Part shown: positions 7,390 through 17,280 of the stretch, piece by piece | Layout: each line of letters begins with the position of its first letter | How positions within the stretch are numbered: the stretch's first letter is position 1 | Assembly: GCA_934232895.1 (NCBI GenBank) | Contig: CAKQGH010000005.1 | Location: 1,422-65,421 of the forward strand | Length of the DNA: 64,000 nucleotides | Source: an uncultured Alphaproteobacteria bacterium | GTDB lineage: Bacteria; Pseudomonadota; Alphaproteobacteria; Rs-D84 | Direction of reading: 5' to 3' | Program-made: the position numbers and the translations under genes | The notes under the pieces: generated by a model | The model's input: only the letters and a program-made list of their open reading frames with translations | Database searches by the model: none | What the model was told of the DNA's origin: nothing

Positions 7390-7454
7390 GAGAAAAGTAT
7401 TGTTTTTTATTCTAAAACTCTATCACTAAATAACTTTATCACTTATTCACTATT

Positions 7455-8390
7455 CTAGTCGCTTCCGTACAGGAACTCGCCGGTGCCGGAATTGCCATAG
7501 AATTTTTGTTCAACTATGTCCCACATACCGTTTTGTGGCACCGTATAATCACCGATTTTTAACCCGCATGGCACCGGCACAAAATGATGCACCAGGGTAT
7601 CATCCTCGTATATTTTTACATCGTATACATACATAAAATCATTTGCGGAATATGGTACAACCCCATTAAATGTACTGTTGATGCGTCGATACCCAAATAA
7701 AACCATAGCGGCATCGTGCGAATTTTGAGGCGTTTGCCCCGACAGGCTGCGCGTAGTGGCGCCGTATTTGAATACTTTATTTTTTGCATCCAACACAACG
7801 GTTTGTCGGGTCGTTTTTTGCGTCAAACCGATACCGACCGAGACAACCGGACAATTTGCCCCCATTATACACAACCACGGAAATAACAGAGTTGCCTGGT
7901 TCGCACTGCCGCCAAAATTAATTTCGTATGACGAATTTGTAATTGCACTGGAAACGCCAAACAGACAAACATTAACACCCGATGGATGAAATACATCATT
8001 ACTGAACCGTACATCCATTTCTGTGCGCGTGGTTGTGGTTGGTATGTATTCGGTATCAATATATTGCGTGCCGGTTGATGCCAGGTATACTTCACCATTT
8101 ACGCCCGTCAATTTACCGTCGGATATATTGTAAAATTCGGCATCAGAATAAGCATAGTAATCGATGTCGCCCTGTTTTATATGCAGGTATTTATCGCTGG
8201 CTGCGTTTATTGTGCGGCGACATTGCGTCAGGTTCCCGTACCACATTTCATCGTCTATTTTTACATTCAACGCCGGTGTGGTGTTTTTTGTTTCGTATAA
8301 TTGCACCGTGTCATCGCCAACGTGCAATACGCGCGCATGCGCCGCAACGCACGCAAACAAACCAATAAAGATTAAACAACGCCGCCACAT
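7455..8390 (-). CDS. Secreted hypothetical protein (311 aa)
   Basis: It has an N-terminal signal peptide (LIFIGLFACVAAHA) and a beta-rich composition. The C-terminal pattern is GTQYIDTEYIP ... FYGNSGTGEFLYG. The family is not recognised with certainty. Confidence 0.75.
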   Translation of the reverse strand: MWRRCLIFIGLFACVAAHARVLHVGDDTVQLYETKNTTPALNVKIDDEMWYGNLTQCRRTINAASDKYLHIKQGDIDYYAYSDAEFYNISDGKLTGVNGEVYLASTGTQYIDTEYIPTTTTRTEMDVRFSNDVFHPSGVNVCLFGVSSAITNSSYEINFGGSANQATLLFPWLCIMGANCPVVSVGIGLTQKTTRQTVVLDAKNKVFKYGATTRSLSGQTPQNSHDAAMVLFGYRRINSTFNGVVPYSANDFMYVYDVKIYEDDTLVHHFVPVPCGLKIGDYTVPQNGMWDIVEQKFYGNSGTGEFLYGSD

Positions 8391-8413
8391 ACTGCTATTT
8401 TCTATTCCGTATG

Positions 8414-8523
8414 AAAAAATACCACCGGAACGAATTCAGGTGGTTGGAGTTTGATAACAATATTAGGAATTGCGTTGCTTATTCGGTATATTCACAACAC
8501 TCCAACCACATAACATGGTTGGA
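8414..8523 (-). promoter_or_regulatory. Structured leader RNA element L1 with terminator, upstream of the 7455-8390 gene
   Basis: In mRNA sense the segments are TCCAACCA (A), TGGTTGGAGT (B), ACTCCAACCA (C), then ACCACC-tGAAttcgTTCc-GGTGGT followed by a U-run. B can pair with either A or C, and C overlaps the terminator stem. It is homologous to 36951-37056. Confidence 0.5.
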
Positions 8524-8595
8524 ATTTTATCGTCTTGGATTGACGCCTAATATGGGTTATCAAGCCCAATGACAGAACGCCTGTCATCAAATAGA

Positions 8596-8624
8596 ATGAT
8601 AACGAATGTGCGTGAATATCACAA
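8596..8624 (-). promoter_or_regulatory. Putative sigma70-type promoter driving leader L1
   Basis: On the minus strand, TTGTGA (8624-8619) and TATCAT (8601-8596) are separated by a 17-nt spacer. Confidence 0.45.
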
Positions 8625-8627
8625 GAT

Positions 8628-8655
8628 AAAAAAACGCCCAAACGGGCGTTTTTTA
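8628..8655 (-). terminator. Intrinsic terminator after yidC
   Basis: The sequence is aaaaaacgccc-aaac-gggcgtttttt, immediately after the yidC stop codon. Confidence 0.75.
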
Positions 8656-10191
8656 TTATTTGGATTTATATTTGATTATTTGCATCTGGGCAATACCAAA
8701 CAGGTTCGACACCGTCCAATACAGTACCAATCCCGCCGGCATCCATGCAAACAATATTGTAAACATAACCGGCATCCATTTCATAACACGTTGGGTCTGG
8801 GCCACCGCATCATTGCCACCGGGCGCGTTTGGCGCCGATTGCAACCGCGATTGCCACCACATTGTTGCACCCATCAATATTGGCAATATGAAATATGGAT
8901 CCATTGCCGCCAAATCAGAAATCCACAAAAATCCGGCATTGCGCATTTGAACCGATACCAACAGCGCCTTGTACAATGCAAAGAATATTGGAATCTGAAT
9001 CAGCATTGGCAAACACCCCGACATAGGCGATGTTTTATGCGTCTGGTACAGGCGCACCATTTCCATTTGCTGGCGCGCACGATCGTTTGCGTACAGTTTC
9101 TGGATGCGTGCCATTTCTGGTTGCATTTTCTGCATGGCCAGCATTGATGTATACGATTTACGCGTCAATGGCCATATTGCCAGCCGCAATAGCAATGTGA
9201 ATATGATAATCGCAATGCCATAATTGCCAACAATCGCATACAGTCCGTTTAACGCCCACAACATTGGCCGTGCCAAGAACCAGAACCATCCATAATCAAC
9301 CGTTTTATCAACACCAACAATTGTTCCCGCCGCCGCATTTAATACATTTTGATCACGCGGGCCGGCAAATATACGCGTTGTGATTGTGTTTGTGGCATTT
9401 GGCGCAATGGTAATCGCCGCCGATGCCGCGTCTGTCTGGAATAATTCACCACCCAATTTTTTTGTGCGAATTGTCTGGTCGGGTGCGTCCAATTGCACAA
9501 CCGTTTCAGTATATTGGTCGGCAAATCCCGCAAAGCCATTTGTTGTGGAATATGCATACGATTTTTTCGCTAATTTATTCCAATCGGTATGTTCAACATC
9601 ACCGTTTACGTACGCAACCGCCCCAGTATAAACACCGGCCGACGATTTCGCATTTGCCGCACGAACTGTACGCGCAAACGGCGCCACCGCAATGTCACGC
9701 GGGGAATTATTTTTTATTTCGTCGGTGATTGTAATTACATATCCATCGACCGACACAGTGCGACGAAATTCCACACCGTCGGAATTGCGCCATGTGTATG
9801 CGTCGCCCGCGTTACGCCACACGGTCGCGGGGGTTGGTGCCGATGTGCCGGTTGCCATAACGCCCGTTTCAACAAAGCAATTTTCACAATCCAGCAAAAC
9901 CATCCCGTCGTCCAGTTTAATGTTCGACACACGCAGGCCGCGTACATCTGCCGTGATTTTATCGGATTTTATTTCCGACACAGGAACTGACGATACATCG
10001 ACAATATCGACCACTTCGGTATTTGTTGTGTCCTGGGGCGTGGTTTTTGTAAATGCGCCAAACGCCCACATTGCCAAGAAAAACAATGCGAGCCACCATA
10101 AAAAACCACCAAGCGGCGATTTTTTCGCCGTGGCGTTTTTGTTTGCATTCCACTGGGCAAAGCCCGAATTATTATCCATATATCGTACCAT
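8656..10191 (-). CDS. yidC: Membrane protein insertase YidC
   Basis: It has a large periplasmic N-domain. The conserved core reads NYGIAIIIFTLLLRLAIWPLT...MQKMQPEM...SPMSGCLPMLIQIPIFFALY. Confidence 0.95.
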   Translation of the reverse strand: MVRYMDNNSGFAQWNANKNATAKKSPLGGFLWWLALFFLAMWAFGAFTKTTPQDTTNTEVVDIVDVSSVPVSEIKSDKITADVRGLRVSNIKLDDGMVLLDCENCFVETGVMATGTSAPTPATVWRNAGDAYTWRNSDGVEFRRTVSVDGYVITITDEIKNNSPRDIAVAPFARTVRAANAKSSAGVYTGAVAYVNGDVEHTDWNKLAKKSYAYSTTNGFAGFADQYTETVVQLDAPDQTIRTKKLGGELFQTDAASAAITIAPNATNTITTRIFAGPRDQNVLNAAAGTIVGVDKTVDYGWFWFLARPMLWALNGLYAIVGNYGIAIIIFTLLLRLAIWPLTRKSYTSMLAMQKMQPEMARIQKLYANDRARQQMEMVRLYQTHKTSPMSGCLPMLIQIPIFFALYKALLVSVQMRNAGFLWISDLAAMDPYFILPILMGATMWWQSRLQSAPNAPGGNDAVAQTQRVMKWMPVMFTILFAWMPAGLVLYWTVSNLFGIAQMQIIKYKSK

Positions 10192-10193
10192 TT

Positions 10194-10739
10194 TTATTTA
10201 CCACCCTTTGATTTTACATTTTCCAGGCAACGACGACGCGCCACGCCCCAGTTCAATATATATAGTGCAACGCCCACACAAATACAAATGTCGGCAACAT
10301 TAAATGCCGGCCAATGCAATGCGCCAATATGAAAGTCCAAGAAATCAACCACCGCGCCAAACCGCACGCGGTCAATCAAATTTCCCAACGCCCCACCAAC
10401 AATCAATGCCAATGGCACGCGTTCATATTTTTCCGCACGCGCAAACAAATAATACCCAATCAGTCCGATAATAAACCCGGTGGCGATTACTATGACCAGG
10501 GGCGCGCCCTCGCCCACGGTGCGCAGCATTGAAAACGACGCGCCAGGATTCCATGTGAACACAATGTTAAACCAATCGGTCACATGCGCCATCAAATACG
10601 GCACCGGCACCAATTCCCACGCCGGACCGGCCACCGGCACAGTGCCCGTAATCATATACAGCAACGCGCCCTTGGTCAACAAATCGGCCAAGATAACGCC
10701 CACAATTATTCCAATACACGCCAATAATTTCTTTTTCAT
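10194..10739 (-). CDS. lspA: Lipoprotein signal peptidase II
   Basis: The start at MKKKLLAC (10739) is preferred. Motifs seen are WNPGASFS, GGALGNLIDR and FNVADICI. Confidence 0.9.
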   Translation of the reverse strand: MKKKLLACIGIIVGVILADLLTKGALLYMITGTVPVAGPAWELVPVPYLMAHVTDWFNIVFTWNPGASFSMLRTVGEGAPLVIVIATGFIIGLIGYYLFARAEKYERVPLALIVGGALGNLIDRVRFGAVVDFLDFHIGALHWPAFNVADICICVGVALYILNWGVARRRCLENVKSKGGK

Positions 10740-10830
10740 TTTTCCGTCCTTGTACGGTGCAATATACCAGTGCACGCGGCCAATTGCAAATAAAATGTCC
10801 CGGCGCACCGGGACAGGTTAAATATGCAAA

Positions 10831-12543
10831 TCAATTATCTGAAATTGCATCGGCAACACCACCATAATTGTTTGCCCGCATATCTGCCAACATTGCGGCG
10901 ATTTTATCTTCGCCTATGCCCAATTTGTCCAGGACACTGTATCCCAAAAACATCGAACTTTCGATTGTTTCGGGCAATGCAACGGCGACGCCGTCGTGCT
11001 GTAATAATTTTGATTCGGTTAAATTACGCGCGCGCGCAAATATGCGAACGCGTGGCGCAATTTCGTGTACGGTCGCCACCGCATCATGCGCGGTTGATGC
11101 GTTATCCAATGCAACAACGACCGCGCGCGTTTTGCGTGGCTGCAACCCCATATCGCGCAATACATCGGCATTTGTGGAATTGCCGTACACCACATTATAG
11201 CCATGCGCGCGCCCCATCATAACGATGTCGACATTCATATCTATGGCAACATACGATATGTTTTGATATTCCAACATTTGGGCAACTATTTGTCCAACGC
11301 GGCCAAATCCACAAATTATTACGGTTGGCGCGCGCGATGATTTTGCCATTGTGACCTGGGCCACCGATTGCGAGAATAATTTGCCAGACCGTTGCAGATA
11401 ATCATAAATCATCATCAAAATTGGCGTTATCATTATCGATAAAATGATTATTGCCGTTAAAATTTCTTGGTGATTGATTGGCAACGCGGCAATGCCAGAT
11501 TTACGCATAGTTTGCAACAACAGCAACCCGAATTCACCCGCCTGGGACAAAACCAATGCAATCATCGCCGCATCTGGCACCGCAACATGGCGCACGCGTG
11601 CAACCATAAATATGGCAACAAATTTCGCCGCCATCAATCCGACCAATCCACCCAAAACAATGTACCAATTTTCGGCCAAAACATTCAGATTTAATCCCAT
11701 CCCCAACGATATGAAAAAGAATGCCAGAAATAACATTGCATACGGACTGATTTCGGCATTGACCTGGTGATGATAAATTGTTTCAGACAACAACATACCC
11801 GCCAAAAACGCGCCCAATCCGGCGGACACGCCAACATAATCGGCAATAACCGCCCACAGAACTATGTTCAATAAAATCGCAAGCAAAAAAGCCTCTTTGG
11901 ATTTTAATTTTGCGACCAATCGCATTACCGGGTTTAACATAAACCGCCCGACAATCATCACACCAACAATCAATGTCACCGACCATACTAAAACATCAAT
12001 TGCGGTTGCGCCCAGGTTAAAACTTTTGCCCGATAACACCGGCAACATTGCCAACAATGGAATTGCCAATAAATCTTGGAATAATAAAATTGAAAATGTC
12101 TGGCGCCCCATGTCGGTGTTTATTTGATTTCGGTCGGCCAATAATTGCATATCTTCGGATGTGCTGGACATTGCCAACATCAATGCAACCATTATGCAAC
12201 CCATAATTGACCATCCGGTAATGCCAAACAACAGCGGGAACAACATTGCAACAACCATTAAAACCTGGGCCGCGCCAAATCCAAATATAGAATGCCGCAA
12301 TCCCCACAGACGCCGCATATTTATGCCCAGCCCCAATGTAAACCACAAAAATATAATTCCCAAATCACCCAACAGTGTCCATGTTTCATTCAATTGAAAC
12401 AAATTTAACACGTACGGCCCCGATATAATCCCCGCAAACAGAAATGCCACCAATGCCCCAATGCGTGCCATACGCATCATAAACACCAGCGCAAAAACCA
12501 CGCCAATAAACATTAAAATTGTGACAGACATTGTCATATTCAT
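10831..12543 (-). CDS. CPA2-family K+/H+ antiporter (KefB/KefC-like) with a TrkA-N domain
   Basis: The N-terminus is a multi-TM Na_H-exchanger-type region. The C-terminal Rossmann motif reads VIICGFGRVGQIVAQML. Confidence 0.9.
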   Translation of the reverse strand: MNMTMSVTILMFIGVVFALVFMMRMARIGALVAFLFAGIISGPYVLNLFQLNETWTLLGDLGIIFLWFTLGLGINMRRLWGLRHSIFGFGAAQVLMVVAMLFPLLFGITGWSIMGCIMVALMLAMSSTSEDMQLLADRNQINTDMGRQTFSILLFQDLLAIPLLAMLPVLSGKSFNLGATAIDVLVWSVTLIVGVMIVGRFMLNPVMRLVAKLKSKEAFLLAILLNIVLWAVIADYVGVSAGLGAFLAGMLLSETIYHHQVNAEISPYAMLFLAFFFISLGMGLNLNVLAENWYIVLGGLVGLMAAKFVAIFMVARVRHVAVPDAAMIALVLSQAGEFGLLLLQTMRKSGIAALPINHQEILTAIIILSIMITPILMMIYDYLQRSGKLFSQSVAQVTMAKSSRAPTVIICGFGRVGQIVAQMLEYQNISYVAIDMNVDIVMMGRAHGYNVVYGNSTNADVLRDMGLQPRKTRAVVVALDNASTAHDAVATVHEIAPRVRIFARARNLTESKLLQHDGVAVALPETIESSMFLGYSVLDKLGIGEDKIAAMLADMRANNYGGVADAISDN

Positions 12544-12567
12544 CCCCCCTGTTCTATGACACGAATA

Positions 12568-13392
12568 TTATACCAAATCGCGCGCCAATTGCGCAAATAT
12601 TTCGGGCGATAATTCTTCGGCACGTTCGGTGCCAGTTAAATTATATTTTGCCCAATCGACATTTGGCACTATGCCACGAATCATTTTGCGACGCTGGCCA
12701 AACAGTTTTGCCGTTATGCGTTCCAATTTTTCAACATCGGGCAACGCGGCGATTTTCGATTTATGTGGAATAACCCCAACCACGGCCGATTGCACACGCG
12801 GACGCGGAACAAACGCGGTATTTGGTACATCAAACAAAATTTTCGCATCGGCAATCAATGTTGTCAAAACCGCCAGGCGCCCATATTGTTCATCACCCAC
12901 GCGGGCGGTGATACGTTGTGCAACCTCGCGCTGGAACATCAATGTCATAGATTTAATTGGCGCACCAGATGCCACCGCGACCAACCAACGCGTAAATAAT
13001 TCCGTGCCGACATTGTATGGCAAATTTGCACAAATTGCATATTCACCCAACCCCAGTTCCGCGGTATTTACGCGTAATGCATCGCCATATATAACCGTTA
13101 AACGCCCCGCCGACGCGGCAACAATTTCATCAAGAATTGGTTTGGTCGCGGTATCTTTTTCAATTGCAATAACGCGGCGTGCGCCCGCCATCAATAATGC
13201 ACGCGTCAATCCCGCCGGGCCCGGCCCTATCTCCATAACATCGGTATTTTCAATGTCTGGTACACTGCGCGCAATGCGGCCCGTTAAATTCAAATCAAAT
13301 AAAAAGTTTTGACCAAATTGCTTTTTCGGTTCCAGCCCCGCCGCACGCATCATTTCGGCAACCGGCGGTAAAGATTTTATTTTATCAATCAT
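12568..13392 (-). CDS. rsmA: 16S rRNA (adenine1518/1519-N6)-dimethyltransferase
   Basis: Motifs KKQFGQNFL and EIGPGPAGLT are present, and the length is 274 aa. Confidence 0.93.
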   Translation of the reverse strand: MIDKIKSLPPVAEMMRAAGLEPKKQFGQNFLFDLNLTGRIARSVPDIENTDVMEIGPGPAGLTRALLMAGARRVIAIEKDTATKPILDEIVAASAGRLTVIYGDALRVNTAELGLGEYAICANLPYNVGTELFTRWLVAVASGAPIKSMTLMFQREVAQRITARVGDEQYGRLAVLTTLIADAKILFDVPNTAFVPRPRVQSAVVGVIPHKSKIAALPDVEKLERITAKLFGQRRKMIRGIVPNVDWAKYNLTGTERAEELSPEIFAQLARDLV

Positions 13393-13988
13393 ATTGTACG
13401 CCGCCCCCCAAACGCCAATGACAATGTGCCATCGTCCAAATAATCTAAATCGCCCCCCAGTGGCACGCCCGATGCCAATTCGGTGAATTTCACATTCGCC
13501 GCATCGCCAACCACAGACATCACATAATGCTGGGTTGTTTTGCCCTCGACCGTGTTGGGTAATGCAAATATGATTTCGGTAATATTTTCATCGCGAATTC
13601 GTGCGGGCAAATTTGCAATGTTCAAATCGTCGGGCGTTGTACCGGCCGCGCCCGATAGCAATCCTCCCAAAACATGATAACGCCCACGGAACACGCCCGA
13701 TTTTTCCAGTATCCAAACATCGGACATGTCGCGCACCATGCAAATGGCACCACACGCACGCGTTGCGTCACGACAAAATTCACATGCGGTTGCCCCCGCA
13801 TCGGTTAAAACGCCACAAATTGGACACGGGGCAACATTTTCAGATGCATCAAGCAATGCCGCCGCCAGTGCCGCACCCCGCCCGGTTTTGTCCTGTAATA
13901 ATGCCAATGTAATGCGTTGTGCCGCACGCGTGCCAATACGCGGCAGACGCGCAAACTGTTTTATCAATTTTTCTATTTTCGGATTCAT
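13389..13988 (-). CDS. recR: Recombination protein RecR
   Basis: It has LPRIGTRAAQRI, a Cys4 zinc finger (CPICG...CEFC) and a Toprim region. Its start overlaps the rsmA end... more precisely, its stop overlaps the rsmA start by 4 nt. Confidence 0.93.
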   Translation of the reverse strand: MNPKIEKLIKQFARLPRIGTRAAQRITLALLQDKTGRGAALAAALLDASENVAPCPICGVLTDAGATACEFCRDATRACGAICMVRDMSDVWILEKSGVFRGRYHVLGGLLSGAAGTTPDDLNIANLPARIRDENITEIIFALPNTVEGKTTQHYVMSVVGDAANVKFTELASGVPLGGDLDYLDDGTLSLAFGGRRTI

Positions 13989-14003
13989 TTTATTTTATGC
14001 CCA

Positions 14004-15152
14004 TCAATGAAATACATAGCAATCAATGCCCGCCGATTTTGCGCGCGCCCGAATGTCGGCGGCGGTCGCATCGGACAATTTATTTACACGCACGCGGTAC
14101 ATACCGTTGTCTGATTGTTCAATAACCGCGTTCAATCCCAATTTGTTTTTTACATTTGAAACCTGGTGCGATGCGGCATCGCGCGATGAAAATGCACCAA
14201 ATTGAACGCCCGCCGTGCCGCCCGATGTTGATGCCGTATATTTTGGCGCCGCGGCCGATGTTGCGGCATTATACGCCGCACTGATTGTGGGCGCCGCGGT
14301 TGCAACAACCGGTGTTGTTGGTGTTTGTTTTTTTACCATTGGCGCATTTTTCGCCGACATTTCAAACCCACGGTTTAATAAACGCGTTGCGGTATCGGCA
14401 CGCACATCTTTGGATTCAGCGCCCAACACAACCGCCATTAAATGCGTGTCGCCCCGCGCCGCGGTTGCGACCAATGAATATTTTGATTTATTTGTAAAAC
14501 CGGTTTTCATACCATCGCACCCCGGATATGTGGCCAGCAACCGATTCCCATTGGTGTATGTTTTGCCATTATATGTCCAGGTTTTAATACCAAAATATTT
14601 CCAATATTGCGGGAAATGTTTATATACCGCCATAGACAGCAACGCAATATCACGTGCGGTCGACAAATGGTCATCATTCGGCAAGCCCGACGAATTTTCA
14701 AAATTCGTTTGCGACAATCCGATTTCCGTTGCAACGCGCGTCATCAAATCGGCAAAGTTGCCTTCCTTGCCACCCTTCAAATTTTCGGCCAGAACGCGAG
14801 CTACATCATTCGCACTCATCACCGTGACGGCCTTTATCGCATCTTCGACGGTAATTTTACTGCCCGCAGGCAGTCCCAATTTCACGGGCGATGCCGCCGC
14901 CGCAACATTTGATACAATCAAATAATCATCCAAATGCAACCGGCCATGTTCCAGCGCATCAAATGTTAAATACACCGTCATAATTTTGGTCAATGATGCC
15001 GGGTAATTTAATTCATTTGCGTTTTCAGAATATAACACGCGTCCCGTATCCATATTGGCAATCAACGCCGCACGATACGGCGCCGCAAACGCCGCACCAC
15101 ACATAAACACACAACATAAAAATGAAAATATTGCCCTGGTCATTATGAACAA
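14004..15152 (-). CDS. dacA: D-alanyl-D-alanine carboxypeptidase (PBP5/6 class) with a C-terminal SPOR domain
   Basis: It has a signal peptide and the SxxK motif in PASLTKIMT. The C-terminus reads GVQFGAFSSRDAA...MYRVRVNKLSDATAADIRARAKSAGIDCYV. Confidence 0.9.
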   Translation of the reverse strand: MFIMTRAIFSFLCCVFMCGAAFAAPYRAALIANMDTGRVLYSENANELNYPASLTKIMTVYLTFDALEHGRLHLDDYLIVSNVAAAASPVKLGLPAGSKITVEDAIKAVTVMSANDVARVLAENLKGGKEGNFADLMTRVATEIGLSQTNFENSSGLPNDDHLSTARDIALLSMAVYKHFPQYWKYFGIKTWTYNGKTYTNGNRLLATYPGCDGMKTGFTNKSKYSLVATAARGDTHLMAVVLGAESKDVRADTATRLLNRGFEMSAKNAPMVKKQTPTTPVVATAAPTISAAYNAATSAAAPKYTASTSGGTAGVQFGAFSSRDAASHQVSNVKNKLGLNAVIEQSDNGMYRVRVNKLSDATAADIRARAKSAGIDCYVFH

Positions 15153-15232
15153 ATGTTAGTAAAAAACAGCGCACCCGGTCAACAAATAAGTGCGCCAAAA
15201 TGGCGCACCCATATTTTATTTTTATTTTATTT

Positions 15233-16603
15233 TTAATCCAATGTTCGCAGACTGATTTTTTCATCGTCTACAATCACCAATTTGCCGGCATTTATTCCAA
15301 ATGCACGCGCCGCACCAAACGCATCGCGCGGACCGAACAAATCGTCGTTGCAAATTGAACATACCCCACGCAACAGACACAATTGGTTTGCAATGACATC
15401 CTCGCGGCAAATGGCGATTATCGGCATATCGGGGCGCCGGCACGCAATTTGTGTTGCGATTGATGTATCACGCGCAAATACAACGATTGCCGCAGCATGA
15501 TTCAAATATGCCATTGATGCAACCGAACGCGACCAATCATTTTCAGGAACATTTTCCGTACGCAGCCAATCGTTCGGATGTGCGATTGCATCACCGTCCG
15601 CGTATGCCAAAATGCGCGCCATTGTTTCAATAACATTTACCGGATTGATACCGATTGTGGTTTCCTCGGATGTCATAGTTGAATCAGTACGCAAATACGC
15701 CGCGTTTGCAACATCGCTGATTTCGGCGCGGGTGGGGAATTCACTGGCCACCATGGTACCCAACATTTGCGTCGCCATAATTACCGGGCGGTTCAACATA
15801 CGGCAAGTACGAATAATATGGCGCGAAATTGCGGGAACTTGTTCAAATGGGACCTCGACCGCCAGGTCGCCACGCGCAACCATAATTCCATCGGCCGCCG
15901 ATGCAATTTCAGTTATGCGTTCAACCGCGTTTGGACGCTCTATCTTTGCAATTATTTTTATTGGGTGCGATGTGCGCGCAGTGATGAAATCGCGAACCTC
16001 GGCCACATCTTCGGCGCGCTGCACAAACGAAATTGCAACCCAATCTGGATTTTTAGTAATTGCGTATTCCAAATCGGCACGGTCTTTGGCCGTCAGCACC
16101 GATGTGGCGATTTCTGTGTCGGGCAAATTAAATCCGCGGCGCGACCAAATTTCATCGCCACGAACAACCGTTGCGACAATTTTATCTGGCGCGACACTGT
16201 CAACCGTCATTTCGATTTTGCCATCGTTTAATAATATTCTGTCGCCGGGGTTTAATGATTTCATTACATCGGCATCAGGCAACTGAACACGCGTTGCATC
16301 CCCGGGCGTGGGGTCACTGTCAAATGTGAATTTTTGACCAATGTGCAATGGGTATTTATCCTCGGTTGCAAAGTTTCCTATGCGATGTTTCGGTCCCTGC
16401 AAATCAATCATTATTGCGACCGGCATATTCAGGTCGCGTGCAACACGACGAATCAAATCAATTTTAGCCCCCTGGACATCGCCGGTATCGTGGCTGAAAT
16501 TTATACGCGCCACATTCATACCCGCGCGCATCATACGCGACAGGGTTTCATAATTTTCGCATTTTGGACCAATAGACGCCGTAATTTTTGTATATTTATT
16601 CAT
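15233..16603 (-). CDS. pyk: Pyruvate kinase
   Basis: It reads TKITASIGPKCE...MNVARINFSHD...MVARGDLAVE, and is 456 aa long. Confidence 0.93.
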   Translation of the reverse strand: MNKYTKITASIGPKCENYETLSRMMRAGMNVARINFSHDTGDVQGAKIDLIRRVARDLNMPVAIMIDLQGPKHRIGNFATEDKYPLHIGQKFTFDSDPTPGDATRVQLPDADVMKSLNPGDRILLNDGKIEMTVDSVAPDKIVATVVRGDEIWSRRGFNLPDTEIATSVLTAKDRADLEYAITKNPDWVAISFVQRAEDVAEVRDFITARTSHPIKIIAKIERPNAVERITEIASAADGIMVARGDLAVEVPFEQVPAISRHIIRTCRMLNRPVIMATQMLGTMVASEFPTRAEISDVANAAYLRTDSTMTSEETTIGINPVNVIETMARILAYADGDAIAHPNDWLRTENVPENDWSRSVASMAYLNHAAAIVVFARDTSIATQIACRRPDMPIIAICREDVIANQLCLLRGVCSICNDDLFGPRDAFGAARAFGINAGKLVIVDDEKISLRTLD

Positions 16604-16695
16604 ATTTTTCCGCTTTATTTCTTTATGTTGTTTCCCTTGATTTTTACGAATTATGATATATCATAAAAACATCATTTTAACAAGGGGAAAAGGAT

Positions 16696-16944
16696 ATGAA
16701 AAACGCAAATCATGGTGCCATTGACAACCAACAATTATTGACAATTATCCAACGCATTGAAAAATTGAACGAGGATTCTGCCGCAATTGCCGCCGACATC
16801 AAGGAAATTTACAGCGAGGCTAAATCCGCCGGGTTTGATCCGAAATATATCCGCCAGATGATACGTCTGCGCAAATTGGATCCAGATGAATTAGACGAAG
16901 CGGACGAATTGACACAAATGTACCGCAGCGCGCTGGGCCTGTAA
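16696..16944 (+). CDS. gapR: GapR/UPF0335 (DUF2312) family DNA-binding protein
   Basis: LLTIIQRIEKLNEDSAAIAADIKEIYSEAKSAGFDPKYIRQMIRLRKLD is typical of the alphaproteobacterial GapR family. Confidence 0.85.
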   Translation: MKNANHGAIDNQQLLTIIQRIEKLNEDSAAIAADIKEIYSEAKSAGFDPKYIRQMIRLRKLDPDELDEADELTQMYRSALGL

Positions 16945-17255
16945 TGAAACGCTTTACGCGAACGGTTGAAAATTTTACCTGTGCCCATTGTGGGGCCAGT
17001 GTTTTGGGCGATGGATATACAAACCATTGCCCAAATTGTTTATGGTCGCGCCATGTGGATAATAATCCGGGGGACCGCGCCGCAACCTGTGGCGGAATGA
17101 TGCGACCAATATCGGTTGAAACATCGGGCGGTCAATATATTATTACCCATAAATGCGAGGTGTGCGGTAAAACAATACGACAACGCGCGACCGATGCCGA
17201 TAATATGGATGCAATCATTGCATTGGCGGCCAATAATAAATTTATATTTGGTTAA
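16944..17255 (+). CDS. RNHCP domain-containing protein
   Basis: It reads FTCAHCGASV...YTNHCPNCLWSRHVD...CGGMM...HKCEVCG. Its start overlaps the gapR stop (TAATG). Confidence 0.75.
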   Translation: MKRFTRTVENFTCAHCGASVLGDGYTNHCPNCLWSRHVDNNPGDRAATCGGMMRPISVETSGGQYIITHKCEVCGKTIRQRATDADNMDAIIALAANNKFIFG

Positions 17256-17280
17256 AAAAAAACGCCCATTCGGGCGCTTT

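Noticed and set aside
8440-8570. Leader-peptide ORFs inside L1 (31 codons, MTGVLSLGLITHIRRQSKTIKFQPCYVVGVL) and L2 (13 codons, MLQHRRLEGGRIY) as the sensing device of a classical attenuator.
   Set aside because: The frames, lengths and sequences are not conserved between L1 and L2. L3 has no equivalent ATG, and no run of a regulatory codon is present. Ribosome-mediated attenuation is therefore not supported, though the RNA pairings remain.
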